NCBI RefSeq assembly: GCF_001194135.2 | Contig: NC_068982.1 | Location: forward strand, 50,242,893-50,306,892 | DNA: 64,000 nt | Reading direction: 5' to 3' | Source: Octopus bimaculoides | Lineage: Eukaryota | Made by a program: the position numbers and the translations under genes | Notes under the pieces: model-generated | The model's input: the letters and a program-made list of their open reading frames with translations, nothing else | What the model was told of the DNA's origin: nothing | The model's database searches: none | Part shown: positions 49,158 to 62,199 of the stretch, one piece after another | Numbering within the stretch: the first letter of the stretch is position 1 | Layout of the letters: each line of letters starts with the position of its first letter

Positions 49158-49273
49158 CGATGATGATGATGATGATGATGATGGTGATGATGACAACGAC
49201 GACGACGACGATGAACATAATGATAATGATGATGATGATGACGATGAGCATGATGATGATGATGACGATGAGC

Positions 49274-49307
<34 letters not shown>

Positions 49308-49800
49308 CGATGATAACGACGACGTTGGATAGCGCGCTAATTGTTATGACAAAAGAATGATGACAATTCTGGTGGTGATAATGAGGACGACGACGACGAG
49401 GGTGATGACGATGATGATGATGATGACGACGACGATGAGGAGGACGACGACAAGGAGGAGTATGATGAGATTATGATCATAATGACAAACATGACATAGG
49501 AGTGAAGGGCATGATGATGATGAGAGGGGGGATGAGGATGAGCAGAAAGAGGAGGAGCGGGAGGAACAGAAAGGAGGGGGAGCAGGGAGGAAAAGGTGAT
49601 GGAGTGGTGGTGGAGTGGTGGTGGTGGTGGTGGTGGTGGTGGTGGTGGTAGTCCCATAGAAGAGAGCGAGCCATGATGACAATGACAATGACAATGACCA
49701 CGACGACAGTGGTGATGACAACAACAACAACAACAACAACAACAACGTCGTTGATGATGTTTGAGTTGACGGTGCCGATGATAATAATGGCAATAATAAT
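48720..49800. repeat. ~1.1-kb compound trinucleotide array (GAT/GAC/GGT/AAC/GAG)
   Basis: Directly visible; produces spurious poly-M, poly-D, poly-I and poly-S ORFs. Confidence 0.95.
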
Positions 49801-50902
49801 TTTCCATGAAATTAACGAGAAAAAAACTCTTATATTCATTCACCTGGTGTCTAGACAGGATACACTCCATTTCTGAAAGGAAACAGCTTTGGCGCCATTT
49901 AAAGAAAACTAGCAAACCGAACTTACAACCAGCGCTGTTGAAGTCATTAAATGAAAATAAGAACAGTCAAAACGAAACCTAAACTGTGGATTTAAAAGTG
50001 ATTTACGAAAGACACACACATAATGTTGCTTATTCTTACATATGTGGCCGTGTAAACTAGCAGATGAGACTACGCGTGAGCGGAAACATCACTACACCAC
50101 ATGGGCATACCACGTACACAGGCGCACGCGCACACACACGCACACACACACACACACACACGCATGCACACACATACGCATATGCAGAAACACTAATGCA
50201 CGCATGCACCTATACACAAATCTTTATACGTAAGTCGGTGTATGTATCTGCATGTATGTGCGCTTGCATGTACGTATATATGTGTGTATTTATGTATGTG
50301 TGTATATGTATATATATATATATATNNNNNNNNNNNNNNNNNNNNNNNNNNNNNNNNNNNNNNNNNNNNNNNNNNNNNNNNNNNNNNNNNNNNNNNNNNN
50401 NNNNNNNNNNNNNNNNNNNNNNNNNNNNNNNNNNNNNNNNNNNNNNNNNNNNNNNNNNNNNNNNNNNNNNNNNNNNNNNNNNNNNNNNNNNNNNNNNNNN
50501 NNNNNNNNNNNNNNNNNNNNNNNNNNNNNNNNNNNNNNNNNNNNNNNNNNNNNNNNNNNNNNNNNNNNNNNNNNNNNNNNNNNNNNNNNNNNNNNNNNNN
50601 NNNNNNNNNNNNNNNNNNNNNNNNNNNNNNNNNNNNNNNNNNNNNNNNNNNNNNNNNNNNNNNNNNNNNNNNNNNNNNNNNNNNNNNNNNNNNNNNNNNN
50701 NNNNNNNNNNNNNNNNNNNNNNNNNNNNNNNNNNNNNNNNNNNNNNNNNNNNNNNNNNNNNNNNNNNNNNNNNNNNNNNNNNNNNNNNNNNNNNNNNNNN
50801 NNNNNNNNNNNNNNNNNNNNNNNNNNNNNNNNNNNNNNNNNNNNNNNNNNNNNNNNNNNNNNNNNNNNNNNNNNNNNNNNNNNNNNNNNNNNNNNNNNNN
50901 NN

Positions 50903-50953
<51 letters not shown>

Positions 50954-51058
50954 CTACCCCTTTCTTAGTTCATTCATCTTTCCCTTTTTTTTTCGTTTTC
51001 ATTCTTCCTGTAATTCTCTTCCTTCTTTCGGCTCTGCCGCCATAATTTACACATATAC

Positions 51059-51094
<36 letters not shown>

Positions 51095-51180
51095 ATGTAT
51101 GTATTTATCTATGTACTAGCTGTATGTATGTATGTATGTATGTATGTATGTATGTATGTATGTATGCATGCATGCATGTA

Positions 51181-51394
51181 TCTATATATCGCTGTTGCTG
51201 GGCAATTTTTTACAATAGAATGTCTTATATAAAGTTTTGTTTATTCCATGTCAGACCAAGTCTTCGCCGACGGATAGGCCCCTTGATCAGGACAGATTTG
51301 TACAATTTTTCACAAAAAATTTTCGCTGAGGATTTTTCCTTTTTAAATTATATACACTTGCAGAAAAACCGCCCTGCGGGCGGTTTTCTGCTAG
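51181..51394 (+). mobile_element. Candidate short non-autonomous Helitron
   Basis: A|TCTATATAT start; GC-rich hairpin CCGCCC-TGC-GGGCGG ending 11 nt before the end of a terminal CTAG; the 3-prime flank is C rather than the canonical T. Confidence 0.55.
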
Positions 51395-53106
51395 CATGTG
51401 ATATTATAGCATATTGGTATCATATATACATATAGATATGATACACAAATTATATATGACACATAAATTACAAATTAAAAATTTACTTAAATACATTTCA
51501 ATTAAAAGAGAGTAATGAATGCTTCACAGCACTGTAAAATTTCCGTGTAGACTTTGAATTTCATTGTAGACAACCCTTTTCATTTATCTGGGTTAATATT
51601 TTTATAAACAACTAAGATCGATAAAATAAGTAACAGGCTTGAAGAATAAGTAATGGAGATGATATTATTGACTAAGCATGACCGCAGTCTAACACAGTTT
51701 GAAAAACTTAATTCTATAGATAGGGTTTGTTGCTTTTTTGAATTATGTAATACGTTTAGAATTAATTTACTCACTTCTTTTTTTCGCTTTATTACATTTT
51801 TTACGAACGCGAAGAAAAATTATTTGTTTACATATGGAATTCAAACGGAAGTTGATATTTAAAACAGAAGCGAATCTTGCAATATTAAGCATTATAATTT
51901 ATGCTTAATATACAAATAAGCTTTATTGTTTAAAGATTTTTTTATGATATTCATTTATAATTTCTTCAAGGTAACATGACATTTTTTAATACCGTGGGAA
52001 AAAAAAAAAAACTAGACATTAATCATCTACAATATTATAGATATCTGTTCGAACGTTTCCCATGATTTTATTCATTAAAGCTTATTAAAACTTCAGAAGT
52101 TCTTACAACTTTGGTCGTCGTAATGCTTTGCTTTCGTTTGTTTAATAAAAATTCCTCCTCGCAATGATTTTGTGATAGACAGCTATCGATCAGAAAATGC
52201 CAGCTTCCAAATCTTGTTTTCTGATTAGGTAAAATTAATTAAACTTTAAGCTTCAGTAACTTGTTTTTGCAATTTTTCTGGAGCAAATAAGTAACAAAAT
52301 CGGATCTAACGTGGAAAACTGTTTCAATATAAACAAATTTGAAAATTTTGACGTAATTTTAAAATTTCATATGTGACAGCAACAGGGAAGATCCTACAAA
52401 AGTAGAGACAGTTATAGGACGTCTCACACACATACACACACAGCACAAACACGCACACACATTTACAAACGTACACACAGGTAATCACGAATTTTAAATG
52501 GTGTATAGTAGACATATGTAAGTATGTGTATATATTTATGTATGTGTGTGTTTCTTTGCGATGGACAGCAGAGAATCCACCTACCTACTCTCTCCTTAAA
52601 GCTACATATTCCTCACACCCACCTTTCTTTCCCTTCTTCTGCATTTTAAAAGTTAGTTATGTGTGTGTGTGTGTGTGTGCGCGCGCATTTATCTATGTAT
52701 TTACGAAAGTATGTATGCAACGTCACGCGTGAATAACAGCTGTATTAACGTTATCATTCCACTGCCACTCCATATTTATCGCTTACACAACGCTGTTCTC
52801 CCCTTCCCTGATATCAGCCACACTCACTTTCCTTCACGCTAACACTCTTTGCTCCCTTCTCATTTTATCAAATAATAGTCCAACTATAGACTTTTTATTG
52901 AAATCCAATTAGCCTATAATTGAGCTGGATGTTAGTTTAACATGCATGCAAAGTTTCGTCAAGATTGGTTCATTGGTGTAGGCAACAAGATGGTAATAGA
53001 CAGATCGAGAGACAGGGATTTTCATTCATGTATAAGATGTATGTATATGTATTCATATGTGATTGTGAGTGTGTATGTGTGAATGTATATATATGTATAC
53101 TTATAC

Positions 53107-53160
<54 letters not shown>

Positions 53161-53378
53161 TCTTTTGATCTTTTACTTGTTTCAGTCATTTGACTTCGGC
53201 CATGCTGGAGCACCACTTTAAAGGATTTTAACCGAAGAAATTTATACCAGGACTTATGATTTGTAAGCCTAGAACTTATTCGATCGGTCACTTTTGCCGA
53301 ACCGCTAGATTACGGACACAAAAACACACCAACATCGGTTGTCAAGCAATGGCGGGGGTGTAAACACTGACACACACG

Positions 53379-53436
<58 letters not shown>

Positions 53437-54559
53437 CATAAATATTATTAAAATTAGTGATAATATGTAGGAAACTTTATTTAAACACAACATTATCAAG
53501 ATAATCCATATTGGTGAAATTCTAACTGAACATCTGAAAAAATGTTAGCTGCTAAAAATGCTACCAAAAAAAAAAACCAAACCAAATTTAACTTTAGACA
53601 TTCATTCAACTAAGAGCGATGCCATTGAACTAATTAATTTTATAAAACTAAAATATAAAGAATTCCATATTAATTCCATATTTTTTGACAATTTTAAATC
53701 TACATGAAAATGAAAATAAAAATATCAAGAAAAAAATTTAACATAGAAAGCGAGTATATTTATCTCCTAAAATTAATGACGTCACTGAATATCTAAAGAA
53801 CAAAAACTGCAGACAAAAATTCTACGTTATGCTAAAAGATAACTAAAGAATAAAAACTACTGATAATGATTCTGCGTAATGCTTAATAGAAACTTGTATA
53901 CTTTATTAATTACCTATTTATTTATTTAATATAATAAACCCTTCTATAAGAATTAACCTTATTTTATAATAACTGAAGAATTATTATATTCGACAACATA
54001 TGCAACCACTGAGGTTCTCACTGGATAATTAAAAAATAAAAATTACAGAAACGACAATGAAATATCTATTTATTCTTTATAATAAACTCTTATAATGGAA
54101 TTAACTTTATCAAATAATAATTGAAAAGTTATAATTAATAATAATATATACAATTATTGATGACTACGCTAGACAACTAAAGAATAAAGATAACGGATAT
54201 GATAATTAAATACCTATTTATTTTTATATTATTCCCTTTTATATGAATTAAGATTATTATATAATCATAGAAAATTTACTATAATTAATAATATATACGA
54301 ATCTTGATGATCTCGGTGGATAATTCTGCATAAGGATTGTTGGATTTACCTGCCATGCATAAGGATTTACCTGAGATTTGTATTCTACATACATTTACTG
54401 GTATCTACATGTTGGAAATTTAACCTTATTCCTTTATACTGAGTGTTTACATGATATATGCCAGGATTTTTACTTCCATTTTCTCTTATATATATATATA
54501 TATATATATCATCATCATCATCATCATCGTTTAACGTCCGCTTTCCATGCTAGCATGGG

Positions 54560-54591
<32 letters not shown>

Positions 54592-55147
54592 NNNNNNNNN
54601 NNNNNNNNNNNNNNNNNNNNNNNNNNNNNNNNNNNNNNNNNNNNNNNNNNNNNNNNNNNNNNNNNNNNNNNNNNNNNNNNNNNNNNNNNNNNNNNNNNNN
54701 NNNNNNNNNNNNNNNNNNNNNNNNNNNNNNNNNNNNNNNNNNNNNNNNNNNNNNNNNNNNNNNNNNNNNNNNNNNNNNNNNNNNNNNNNNNNNNNNNNNN
54801 NNNNNNNNNNNNNNNNNNNNNNNNNNNNNNNNNNNNNNNNNNNNNNNNNNNNNNNNNNNNNNNNNNNNNNNNNNNNNNNNNNNNNNNNNNNNNNNNNNNN
54901 NNNNNNNNNNNNNNNNNNNNNNNNNNNNNNNNNNNNNNNNNNNNNNNNNNNNNNNNNNNNNNNNNNNNNNNNNNNNNNNNNNNNNNNNNNNNNNNNNNNN
55001 NNNNNNNNNNNNNNNNNNNNNNNNNNNNNNNNNNNNNNNNNNNNNNNNNNNNNNNNNNNNNNNNNNNNNNNNNNNNNNNNNNNNNNNNNNNNNNNNNNNN
55101 NNNNNNNNNNNNNNNNNNNNNNNNNNNNNNNNNNNNNNNNNNNNNNN

Positions 55148-55197
<50 letters not shown>

Positions 55198-55204
<7 letters not shown>

Positions 55205-55995
55205 CAAATAATAAATGAGTATATGCATGTATACGTACAAGTATGTGAGTATCTACATCTACCTGTATGTATAGGTGCATATCTGGGTACAGGACGTGCA
55301 AACAAAACGTAGACAAAAAAATAATAACCTGAGTACAGAAAACACACAGGCGTCATAGAGAAAATTTTCCTTCATCAACTGCCCTCATTCTAACACAAGC
55401 GTTTCGAAGAGTTAGGGCAGGACGCATCGTTAAAATGGCTCTTCCCACGGACCACAAATGAAATTTGTATACACAAATTAAATTTGTACCATGGAGGAAT
55501 GTAGTGGCGGACAGAAAACAAGACAGGAAAACAAACGGAAAAGAAAACAAGACAGGAAAACAAACGGAAAAGGCTATACGGCCAGACGTGAAAGATTATG
55601 TGTAAATTGAACGCTGTGAAGCAACGAACTGGAAGCGGGACGAAGTAGGTTCGTATGTTTGCTCGGCGATAGCCAAGGAAGAAAAGAATTAGTAACTGGA
55701 CACATGTGACCAGCGAGAGGTAAGGAGAGAGAGAGTGGTAGAGGGAGAAACAAGGGGAGGAAGTAGAAAATAGGTGAGCAACGAGAGGAAGAGAGAAATA
55801 TAATAGTAACAGAAGGAAGAACGAGAGTGGGAAAGAGAGAGATATAGTAGTAACAGAAGGGAGAACGAGAGGGGGAAAAAGATATAGAGATAGATAGAGT
55901 CGCGTCAGAAAATATAAAGTTCAAAACATACTTGCAGGGATGACGCGTGCGTTCGATCATGTAAAACAAATGATAAATGAGTATATGCAGATATA

Positions 55996-56000
<5 letters not shown>
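55198..56000. repeat. Dispersed non-coding repeat, copy 2; 762-bp unit with ~40-bp terminal direct repeat
   Basis: TGTAAAACAAAT(A/G)ATAAATGAGTATATGCA..ATACGTAC at 55198 and 55960; body matches 5055-5630. Confidence 0.85.
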
Positions 56001-56019
<19 letters not shown>

Positions 56020-56042
<23 letters not shown>

Positions 56043-56225
56043 ACGCACACACACACACACAAACTGGCTTTTTTCAGTTCACGCCTACTAAATCCACTTA
56101 CAAGGCCTTGGTTGGCCGAGTCTATAGACGCAGACACTTTCCCAAGTTTCCGCGTGGTAGGATTGAACTCGGGACCATGTGGTTGGGAAACATGCTTTTT
56201 ACTACACACCCATGCCTGCGCCTAT
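56020..56225 (-). mobile_element. SINE family A head
   Basis: AAATCCACTTACAAGGCCTTGG...GGGACCATGTGGTTGGG...CCATGCCTGCGCCTA. Confidence 0.8.
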
Positions 56226-56229
56226 TTGC

Positions 56230-57860
56230 AAGATACAGCCACAACACTTCCAGTTCTTTTTAAATTTTTTCTTGCTTCCTTCATCAACTGGGTGACCACA
56301 CCTACGTGCTCTAGACACCCTAATACCTTTGGGATATCTCCTTTCTGAACTGAAGTATCGATGTAGGTATTCTTCAGGAAGTAGTCTTACAGGCGCCTAA
56401 TAAGATTGCTGAAGAATATCTTGCTCTCGGCATTGAGTAACGCGATAATTCTAAACTGACTGATAGTCTTTGACTCTTCCATTGGAATCCACCCCGCTTC
56501 TACGTACTTCCACTACCGAGTTTCCTTACCTCTCCTCCAAATACCCCCAGGATCCTCCACACCCTGTAAAATACCCATGGATAGTTCTTGTAAGGTACTT
56601 GGGAGGTCCAAACAAGCACAATGGTAAATTTGGGGTCTACGCCAGTATTTTAGGTGTCCATGAAAAAGTTTAGCTTTAGTTGTATTTATTGCAAGAAATA
56701 ACTGGGTGTCTTTCTCTTACCTTTTACATAGCTCAACATGTTTTTGGCCACTGAAACATGTTCTCTCAGAGAGTTATATTTCAAATTTACACGAGTGAAC
56801 GTGTGAAAAAACAAAATAAGAATTCTGAAACTAGTCTTGCCTTCTTGACCACCTTCAGGGCCACCTTCCCATCAAATTACAAAGCAATACGCGATTTTGT
56901 GTGGGCTCGTTTTTTAGATCATTCTTCCGTAATGTCTTGGATAATCGTTAAATATAACGGTTTCGTGGAGATATGGCGGCAAGGGCCATTGAAACGTTTC
57001 GTTGGTCATTCCTAAGGTTTGCAAGATTCTTTTTTTTGTTTTTAGTACTTTGTATTTGAGGTTGGAAGGCTAGATGAAAGAAGTCTCCAATTTAGTTTTA
57101 CTCTTTTATAATACGAAATCGATAGTTTCATAACAGAATACATATGCGATGGTTATGAGCAAGTTGTGGCACTGAAAAAAGATTAGATTTTATCAGCCTA
57201 ATTGTTATCTACACCTTGGAGAACGTATTTTTGCCAAATTCTATTTAAGGCCTTGGCAATAACTGCATTTAGATGCACCAGTATCTTTGCCGTTTAACTT
57301 GAAACGTTTTCGAAATTGTAGATTTTTAAAAATTTGCAAGGAGTTTCGAACCGTCTTTTTATGATCATTTTCCGTAAATTTAGCACTTCCTTCTTTTTTG
57401 AAGATCTTTGTAAGACACCTGTTCAAATAGTTTCTTAATTTACATGTGCAATAAGTTACTGAATGGGTAAGAAGGTAAGGACGTTCAATAAATACATACA
57501 TTCCTGATCGGCGGGTAACATTCCTACATTTTTATACACTTTCCATTAAAGTTCTGCAATGTCTCTGGCCTTGGTCTCTGGAATCGAATCGTCACTAAAG
57601 CTGGCTCTGGGGTGAATGTCGTTTTCACATTTGGAACAGGTGAGTTGAATGCTGCGCTTCTTGACTAGCAGCTCTTTTGTAAACCCACGTGAGCTTGCTA
57701 GAAAAAATGTGTTCGTTTACTGGCTCTCTCCTTCTGCCGTCTCTTATATCATTCATTCCTCTTTAATGTCATAAGCTTCTTGCAGAGGATATTCCATAGG
57801 TCCATTAGAGCTGATTTTTCCTCCTGTTTCACCTTCAACTGACGCCTCAAGCTCTTAAGT
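56230..57860 (-). mobile_element. HERO-like LINE RT region, fragmented and decayed
   Basis: Manual translation KSLRRQLKVKQEEK..LCKKLMTLKRNE*YKRRQKERA; VVKKAR; SQFRIIALLNAESKIFF..IDTSVQKG..GCLEH.GVVTQL. Confidence 0.7.
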
Positions 57861-58849
57861 TTCTGTATGTGTATGTGTATGTGTGTGTGTATGTGTGTGT
57901 GCGCTCGAGTGCATATGTTGTGTATGCTTGTGTGCGCACGTGCGTGCAAGAGTATGGAGGTGGGTGCATGTTTATATGCGTTTCTTTATTGGGGAACTTG
58001 AAGCGAATAGGAGTGAGTGAGAGTGGAGAAGGAAACAAAATAAATGGAACTTGGACAAGAAAGAGAGTGAGTGAGCGAGTGAGTGATTGAGTGACAGACT
58101 GACTGAGTGACTGAATGCCTGAGTGAGTGAACGAGCTTGTGAGTGAATGAGTTTCGGAAGGAAAAGTTATTTTCTCTAAATGTTGACAGGTCCAAGGAAA
58201 GTGAACGCTAAATGTAAACTAATGATATAATTGATTGATGATAGTTTACTGTTGAAGCTAATCACAGCCGAATTTCTGCTTCTTGGTAAATTGATTACTT
58301 CATATAGAAACCACATATCAAACATCTACCGCCATGTCAAGAAAGCCGTTGACTTTGTGCTATGCACAATCTCCAAACTCTGAAGTAAAGAAAAATGGAG
58401 CTGAATACTAAATCATACTTTGTTGCTTGTGTTTGTATAAGTAAAATAAAAGAAAATGTGAATAGTTGCACATGCGCAGAGAAATTCACTTTGATGTGCT
58501 GGACTTTAATGCGGACGTTTTGTTGTGCATGTATGAGTGAATACCTGATTGTTTATGTGGTTATTTGTGGAAAATATTTGAAACTACATTCTTTGTTCTA
58601 CAAATATTTTGGGAGCAGAATGGATCTTTTGACGGTTCCCATTCTTTTTATTCTCTTTCCCTCTATCCTCCCCCCTTTGTTTCTCTCTTCCCTCTCGCTT
58701 TCTCTGCTCTACTTTATCTCTCTTTTTATGTATTTACATTTATATATTTACATTTATATCTTTCCTTTTTTTCTTACATATATAAATACAGAGAGAGGCA
58801 TTGGCAATATCGCAATTGAAAACAAAAAAACATAGGCTCTTGAAGTACT

Positions 58850-58998
<149 letters not shown>

Positions 58999-59734
58999 TA
59001 CGCGTGTAGATTCAAATAAAAATGTGCGCATACTTCAGACTTTTGCGCTATCAAATGATGATGACTTAGCTGGTCGAAATTTGAACTCACTGTCAATATT
59101 ATTCTTGACGAGGAATTTTACACATATATACATACATCTAATATAATAAATGCGAAAACTAATTTCTGTGTGTCAGTGTGTCGCACTTAGACCCCCTCTC
59201 TCATTATTCAATGACACTCCTACTATTCCTCAGGATGGGGAGAGAGTAATAGTAGGCATAGAGATGGTGAGGGCGGTAGCGAAGGCAGACAGACAGAAAA
59301 AGTGGCGGGCGTGAGACAAAGAAATTTAGGGAGAGTTGATGATGTTTTATGAAAAGTAGTAGTGTTGATGGTGGCAGTGGAGTAATAATAAAAGAGAGAG
59401 AAAGAGTGAGATGATGTACAACTTTGTTTAACCATGTCTCTTTAACAGAAATTCCTGTCACCAACATACCGATTGGTCAACAAGCAGTTTTTTTTTTATT
59501 GTATCACATTTAATCTAGTTTTTTTTTTTAAGAAACTGCGAACCGAGAAACCAAGAGAAGTTGGCGAGAAGAGCCACCGTCAGGGGCCCGCAGGGTGAGT
59601 GACCAGCACGGAGACGGACGGAAGTGAACGAGGAGACGCGCGACGAAGGCAAACGAACAAACAGAAAAAAAAAAAAAACAAACAGGCGAGCGAGAAAAAA
59701 AAACCAGAAAGGCAGCGGACAGCGTCAGAGAATG

Positions 59735-60605
59735 CGATCAGCAGGCAGAATGGTTAGCACGCCGGACAAAATACTTAGCGCCATTTCGTCCGTCTAGCTT
59801 GCCTTTTATAATTTGGGAACGATAAAATAAATACCACTTGAGCATCGGGAGCGATATAATTAACTTACCCCTTTCTCGAAATTGCTGACCTTGTGCCAAA
59901 ATTTGAAATCAGTATCTAAGTAAAAATAAGGCGGCGAGCTGGTAGAATCGTCAACAAATCGGACAAAACGTTTAGCAGCATTTCTTTCGGCTCTTAATGT
60001 TCTAGGTTAAAATTTCGTTGAGATAAAATAAGTACCTATTGAACACTGGGGTCGATATAGTCCGCTTAACCCTCTTCCGAAATTGCTGGCCTCGTATCAA
60101 AATTTGAAATCAATATTTAAATAGGATTAAGGCGGCGAGTTGGTAGAATCGTCAGCGAATTGGACAAAGTGTTTGCGGCATTTCATGTGGCTCTCTATGT
60201 TCTGGGTTCAAATTCTACTGAGGTTGACTTTGCCTTTCATCCACTCAGGGCCATAAAACAAGTACCACTTGAACACTAGAGTCGATGTAATCGGCGTACC
60301 TGTTGAACACTGGGGTCGATATAGTCCGCTTAACCCCACTCCGAAATTGCTGACCTCGTGTCAAAATTTGAAATCAATATTTAAATAGGATTAAGGCGGC
60401 TAGCTGGTAGAATCGTCAGCGAATAGAACAAAGTGTTTGTAGCATTTCATGTGGCTCTCTATGTTCTGGGTTCAAATTCTGCTGAGGTTGACTTTGCCTT
60501 TCATCCACTCGGGGCCATAAAACAAGTACCACTTGAACACTAGAGTCGATGTAATCGGCTTAACCTCTCCCTTAGAATACTGCTGACCTTTTGCTAAAAT
60601 TTCAA
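59735..60605 (+). mobile_element. Head-to-tail SINE family B array including a 264-bp tandem duplication
   Basis: AAGGCGGC(G/T)AG(C/T)TGGTAGAATCGTCA occurs three times; 60039-60295 is repeated at 60303-60559. Confidence 0.9.
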
Positions 60606-61124
60606 ACTATGTAGAGAGAAATCGAGGACGGAAAAAAAAAGAAAAAAGAAAAGCTGTACAGATGCGTCTATCATCCCTATCAGCCCTTTGTACCAGGTAC
60701 TTATATAAAATTTTCCAACCATACTCCCAAGAAGGCATTATCATCCATTTTGAGAAGCCCTCCCTCAGATCATAGATCTACAAGAAAAAAAAAACGGTTT
60801 ATTCTGAATGTGTATGTACTGAGAAAAATTGCAGTCTTTTAGAACAGTAGCTCAGACGATGTCATGTTACAGTAAGAAACTAATGAAGAAAAATGGATAA
60901 GAGATAAATTTGAATAAATAAATAATCTTAATATAACCTTCAATATAATCAATGAGATTGACAAACACCGAAAATCATCAATTTAACATTTCTGTCTTTA
61001 TTTTCTTCACACCGTTAAGAAAATATTCTCTTCAAACTTATATATAATATAAGAAAGTCAAACAAGGTATGTATGTGCATATGTGTATTTTTTCCTTGCT
61101 TTTTTTTTGTTGTTTTTTTTCAAA

Positions 61125-61430
61125 ACGAAGGAGTACTCCGTCGGTTACAACGACGAGGGTCCCAACTGATTCGATCAACGGAACAGCTTGCTCGTGAAAT
61201 TTACGTGCAAGTGGCTGAGCACTCCACAGATACGTGTACCCTTAACGGAGTTCTCAGAGAAATTCAGCGTGACACAGAGTGTGACATGGCTGGCCCTTTG
61301 AAATATAGGTACTACGAATTGTTGCCAGCTGAGTGGACTGGAGCAACGTGAAATAAAGTGTCTTGCTCAAGGACACAACGCGTCACCGAGAATCGAACTC
61401 ACGATCGGAAGATCGTGAGCCGTAAGCCTT
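61125..61430 (-). mobile_element. tRNA-derived SINE family C
   Basis: Reverse complement of the 22184 and 40729 family; GAGAATCGAACTCACGATC is the B-box region. Confidence 0.85.
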
Positions 61431-62160
61431 CACATATATGTGTATATGTGCAAATATGAGTAAATGTGTGTATGTACATAAAAGAATGTAGATGACTAAG
61501 AGTGTGTGCGTGTGTTTGTGCGCGCGTTTGTGTGTGTGAATGTGTGTCTGTGTATGTGCATGTGTGTGTGTGTGTGTGCGTGCGTGTGTATGCGTGTATG
61601 TGTGTGTGTACGTATCTGTGGCTTGCACGCGCGTGTGTGTTCGTGCGTGCGTGCGTTCGCAAGATACTTTTCAATTGACCAATCACGAAGAATTATCTTC
61701 CATGTACAGAAATTCGGTTGTAATCAGACGATAGTCAGCCCGAAGCAGTGATTCCATTCCACCAGGACCTAGAATTAATCTGAATAAGATTCAATAAGGA
61801 ATATTCGATAAGAACTGACAGACGAATAAACAAACAAGCATAAATTGAGGCCGAAAGAAAATACTTGGGAAGAATTTCTTAGAAGAACAGGAAAATAAAA
61901 AAAAGAAAGGAAATCGAACTAAACTGCGAGGATTAGAGGAAAGTGAACGAGAAAAGTTTTTTATTTATTTTACTTTTGTTATAAATACCATTTTTTATAG
62001 TATATTCCAGTATACAAAGCGAATGCGCCAGACTAAAATTTACAGCTAGGAAAGGAATGGTAGATCGATTTAAAGACTTAGAGAACTAAGGAGGACGAAA
62101 AATTCCATGAGAAATGCTGTAAGGTTTGGAAAGATAGTGACAATAATTGAATGTTTATAC

Positions 62161-62199
62161 TACATGTTTACACTACATGTTTACACTACATGTTTACAC
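62161..62199. repeat. 13-bp tandem repeat, 3 copies
   Basis: TACATGTTTACAC repeated three times. Confidence 0.9.

Noticed and set aside
51360-51391. Bacterial rho-independent terminator or horizontal transfer
   Set aside because: No bacterial-type ORF nearby; the context fits a Helitron end better
1269-55356. Long ORFs full of X residues (e.g. 4522-5418, 18088-19243, 26495-27211, 50064-51119, 54378-55356)
   Set aside because: They are open only because they run through N gaps
59204-59467. ORF with VKETWL resembling an APE endonuclease start
   Set aside because: The remainder is low complexity, and 59165-59235 matches the non-coding Penelope 3-prime region at 32690-32830
59735-60605. Repeat array resembling CRISPR or a satellite
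   Set aside because: Units are ~200-260-bp tRNA-headed SINEs with no unique spacers and no cas genes
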